DNA of 64,000 bases from Clostridiales bacterium (GTDB lineage: Bacteria; Bacillota; Clostridia; Christensenellales; CAG-314): assembly GCA_022508375.1 (NCBI GenBank), contig JAFLVJ010000001.1:66857-130856 (forward strand), given 5' to 3'. A program made the position numbers and the translations under genes. Below, in pieces: positions 63,594-64,000 of this stretch. Positions within the stretch are counted from its first letter, which is position 1, and the number at the start of each line of letters is the position of its first letter. Below the pieces are notes generated by a model. The model did no database searches. It had not been told where the DNA came from and saw only the letters and a program-made list of their open reading frames with translations.

Positions 63594-64000
63594 TTACTCT
63601 TTCGATGCTCCCGTTTCGTACCTAAGAACTTTATCCACGGCTATACCGCCTTTTTTACCTTGCGGGAGCTTGCCCTTGTGATTTTTGCTCTCGACGCTTA
63701 CATCACTGCTATCCACAACGTAGGTAGAAGCCTTGTCGTAGATTGCAATCTTAAACGGTTCCTCATTCATATAGCTTGCGTAAACAATACAGTCGCCGTT
63801 GTTGCCAAATTCGATACCTTTAGCGCCCTTGCAGTTACGCGCATGCTTGGTGATATCCTTGACGGACAAACGTTTCATAAATCCCTTATTGGTAACCATG
63901 AGCGCTTCGCCCTTTTCCTTAGCCACCTGACCGCCGAAGATTATATACTCGTCGTCATCAAGATTGATGCAGTGTACACCACCGGCAACTCTACCCTGAA
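63594..64000 (-). CDS. C-terminal part of a type IIA topoisomerase subunit A (GyrA/ParC beta-pinwheel); gene continues beyond the right edge
   Basis: The frame is open to the window edge. ...RVAGGVHCINLDDDEYIIFGG...ALMVTNKGFMKRLSVKDI...GAKGIEF is typical of GyrA/ParC C-terminal blades. Confidence 0.7.
   Translation of the reverse strand, partial: QGRVAGGVHCINLDDDEYIIFGGQVAKEKGEALMVTNKGFMKRLSVKDITKHARNCKGAKGIEFGNNGDCIVYASYMNEEPFKIAIYDKASTYVVDSSDVSVESKNHKGKLPQGKKGGIAVDKVLRYETGASKE

Overview
This 64 kb window looks like a chromosomal segment of a Clostridia-type Firmicute. That placement rests on the groESL/CIRCE arrangement, a T-box valS leader, cdaA, Lsa-like ABC-F and RNase J genes, and GGAGG-type ribosome-binding sites. 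All homology calls come from reading the translated ORFs against remembered family signatures. No database search was run.

Most of the window is housekeeping:
- Lysine/DAP genes: aspartate kinase, ddh, asd-dapA-dapB.
- cdaA, dCMP deaminase, groES-groEL, DivIVA-like protein, pncB, lgt and valS.
- An NMT1/SsuA-type ABC importer, hslO and a methyltransferase.
- An rnj-trmR-U32 peptidase block, a kdgK-like kinase, a 2-hydroxyacid dehydrogenase, tRNA-Asn, nadE, trmB and the end of a gyrA/parC-type gene.

Five things stand out:
1. A tightly coupled three-gene operon at 52.0-55.9 kb, behind a consensus promoter. It encodes a divergent ClpP paralog, a 541-aa Sel1-repeat protein and a soluble TraG/VirD4-like coupling ATPase. 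No other conjugation genes are nearby. I consider this the best candidate for an undescribed system.
2. A ~10 kb phage-derived head-morphogenesis cluster at 37.5-47.6 kb: TerL, portal, scaffold, major capsid protein, a few unknowns and an ArpU/RinA-like regulator. It has no recognisable tail, lysis, integrase or replication genes. A host intergenic repeat sits inside it.
3. A 12-nt motif, CCGACCAAACGC, in four intergenic copies. Two lie in a highly structured 270-nt non-coding region at the 3' end of the phage-like operon and one lies after groEL. The fourth is the reverse complement, next to the ribosome-binding site of the phage-like regulator.
4. At least two families of dispersed structured intergenic repeats (about 120 bp and about 83 bp). 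Some copies supply the C-termini of genes.
5. Smaller oddities:
   - an XRE-HTH fused to NadE;
   - an Lsa-like ABC-F gene with a leader peptide and attenuator;
   - a MazF gene with no antitoxin;
   - Lgt and RNase J with long extensions;
   - a duplicated tRNA-Asn 3' end.

No CRISPR array, rRNA gene, integrase or transposase was seen.
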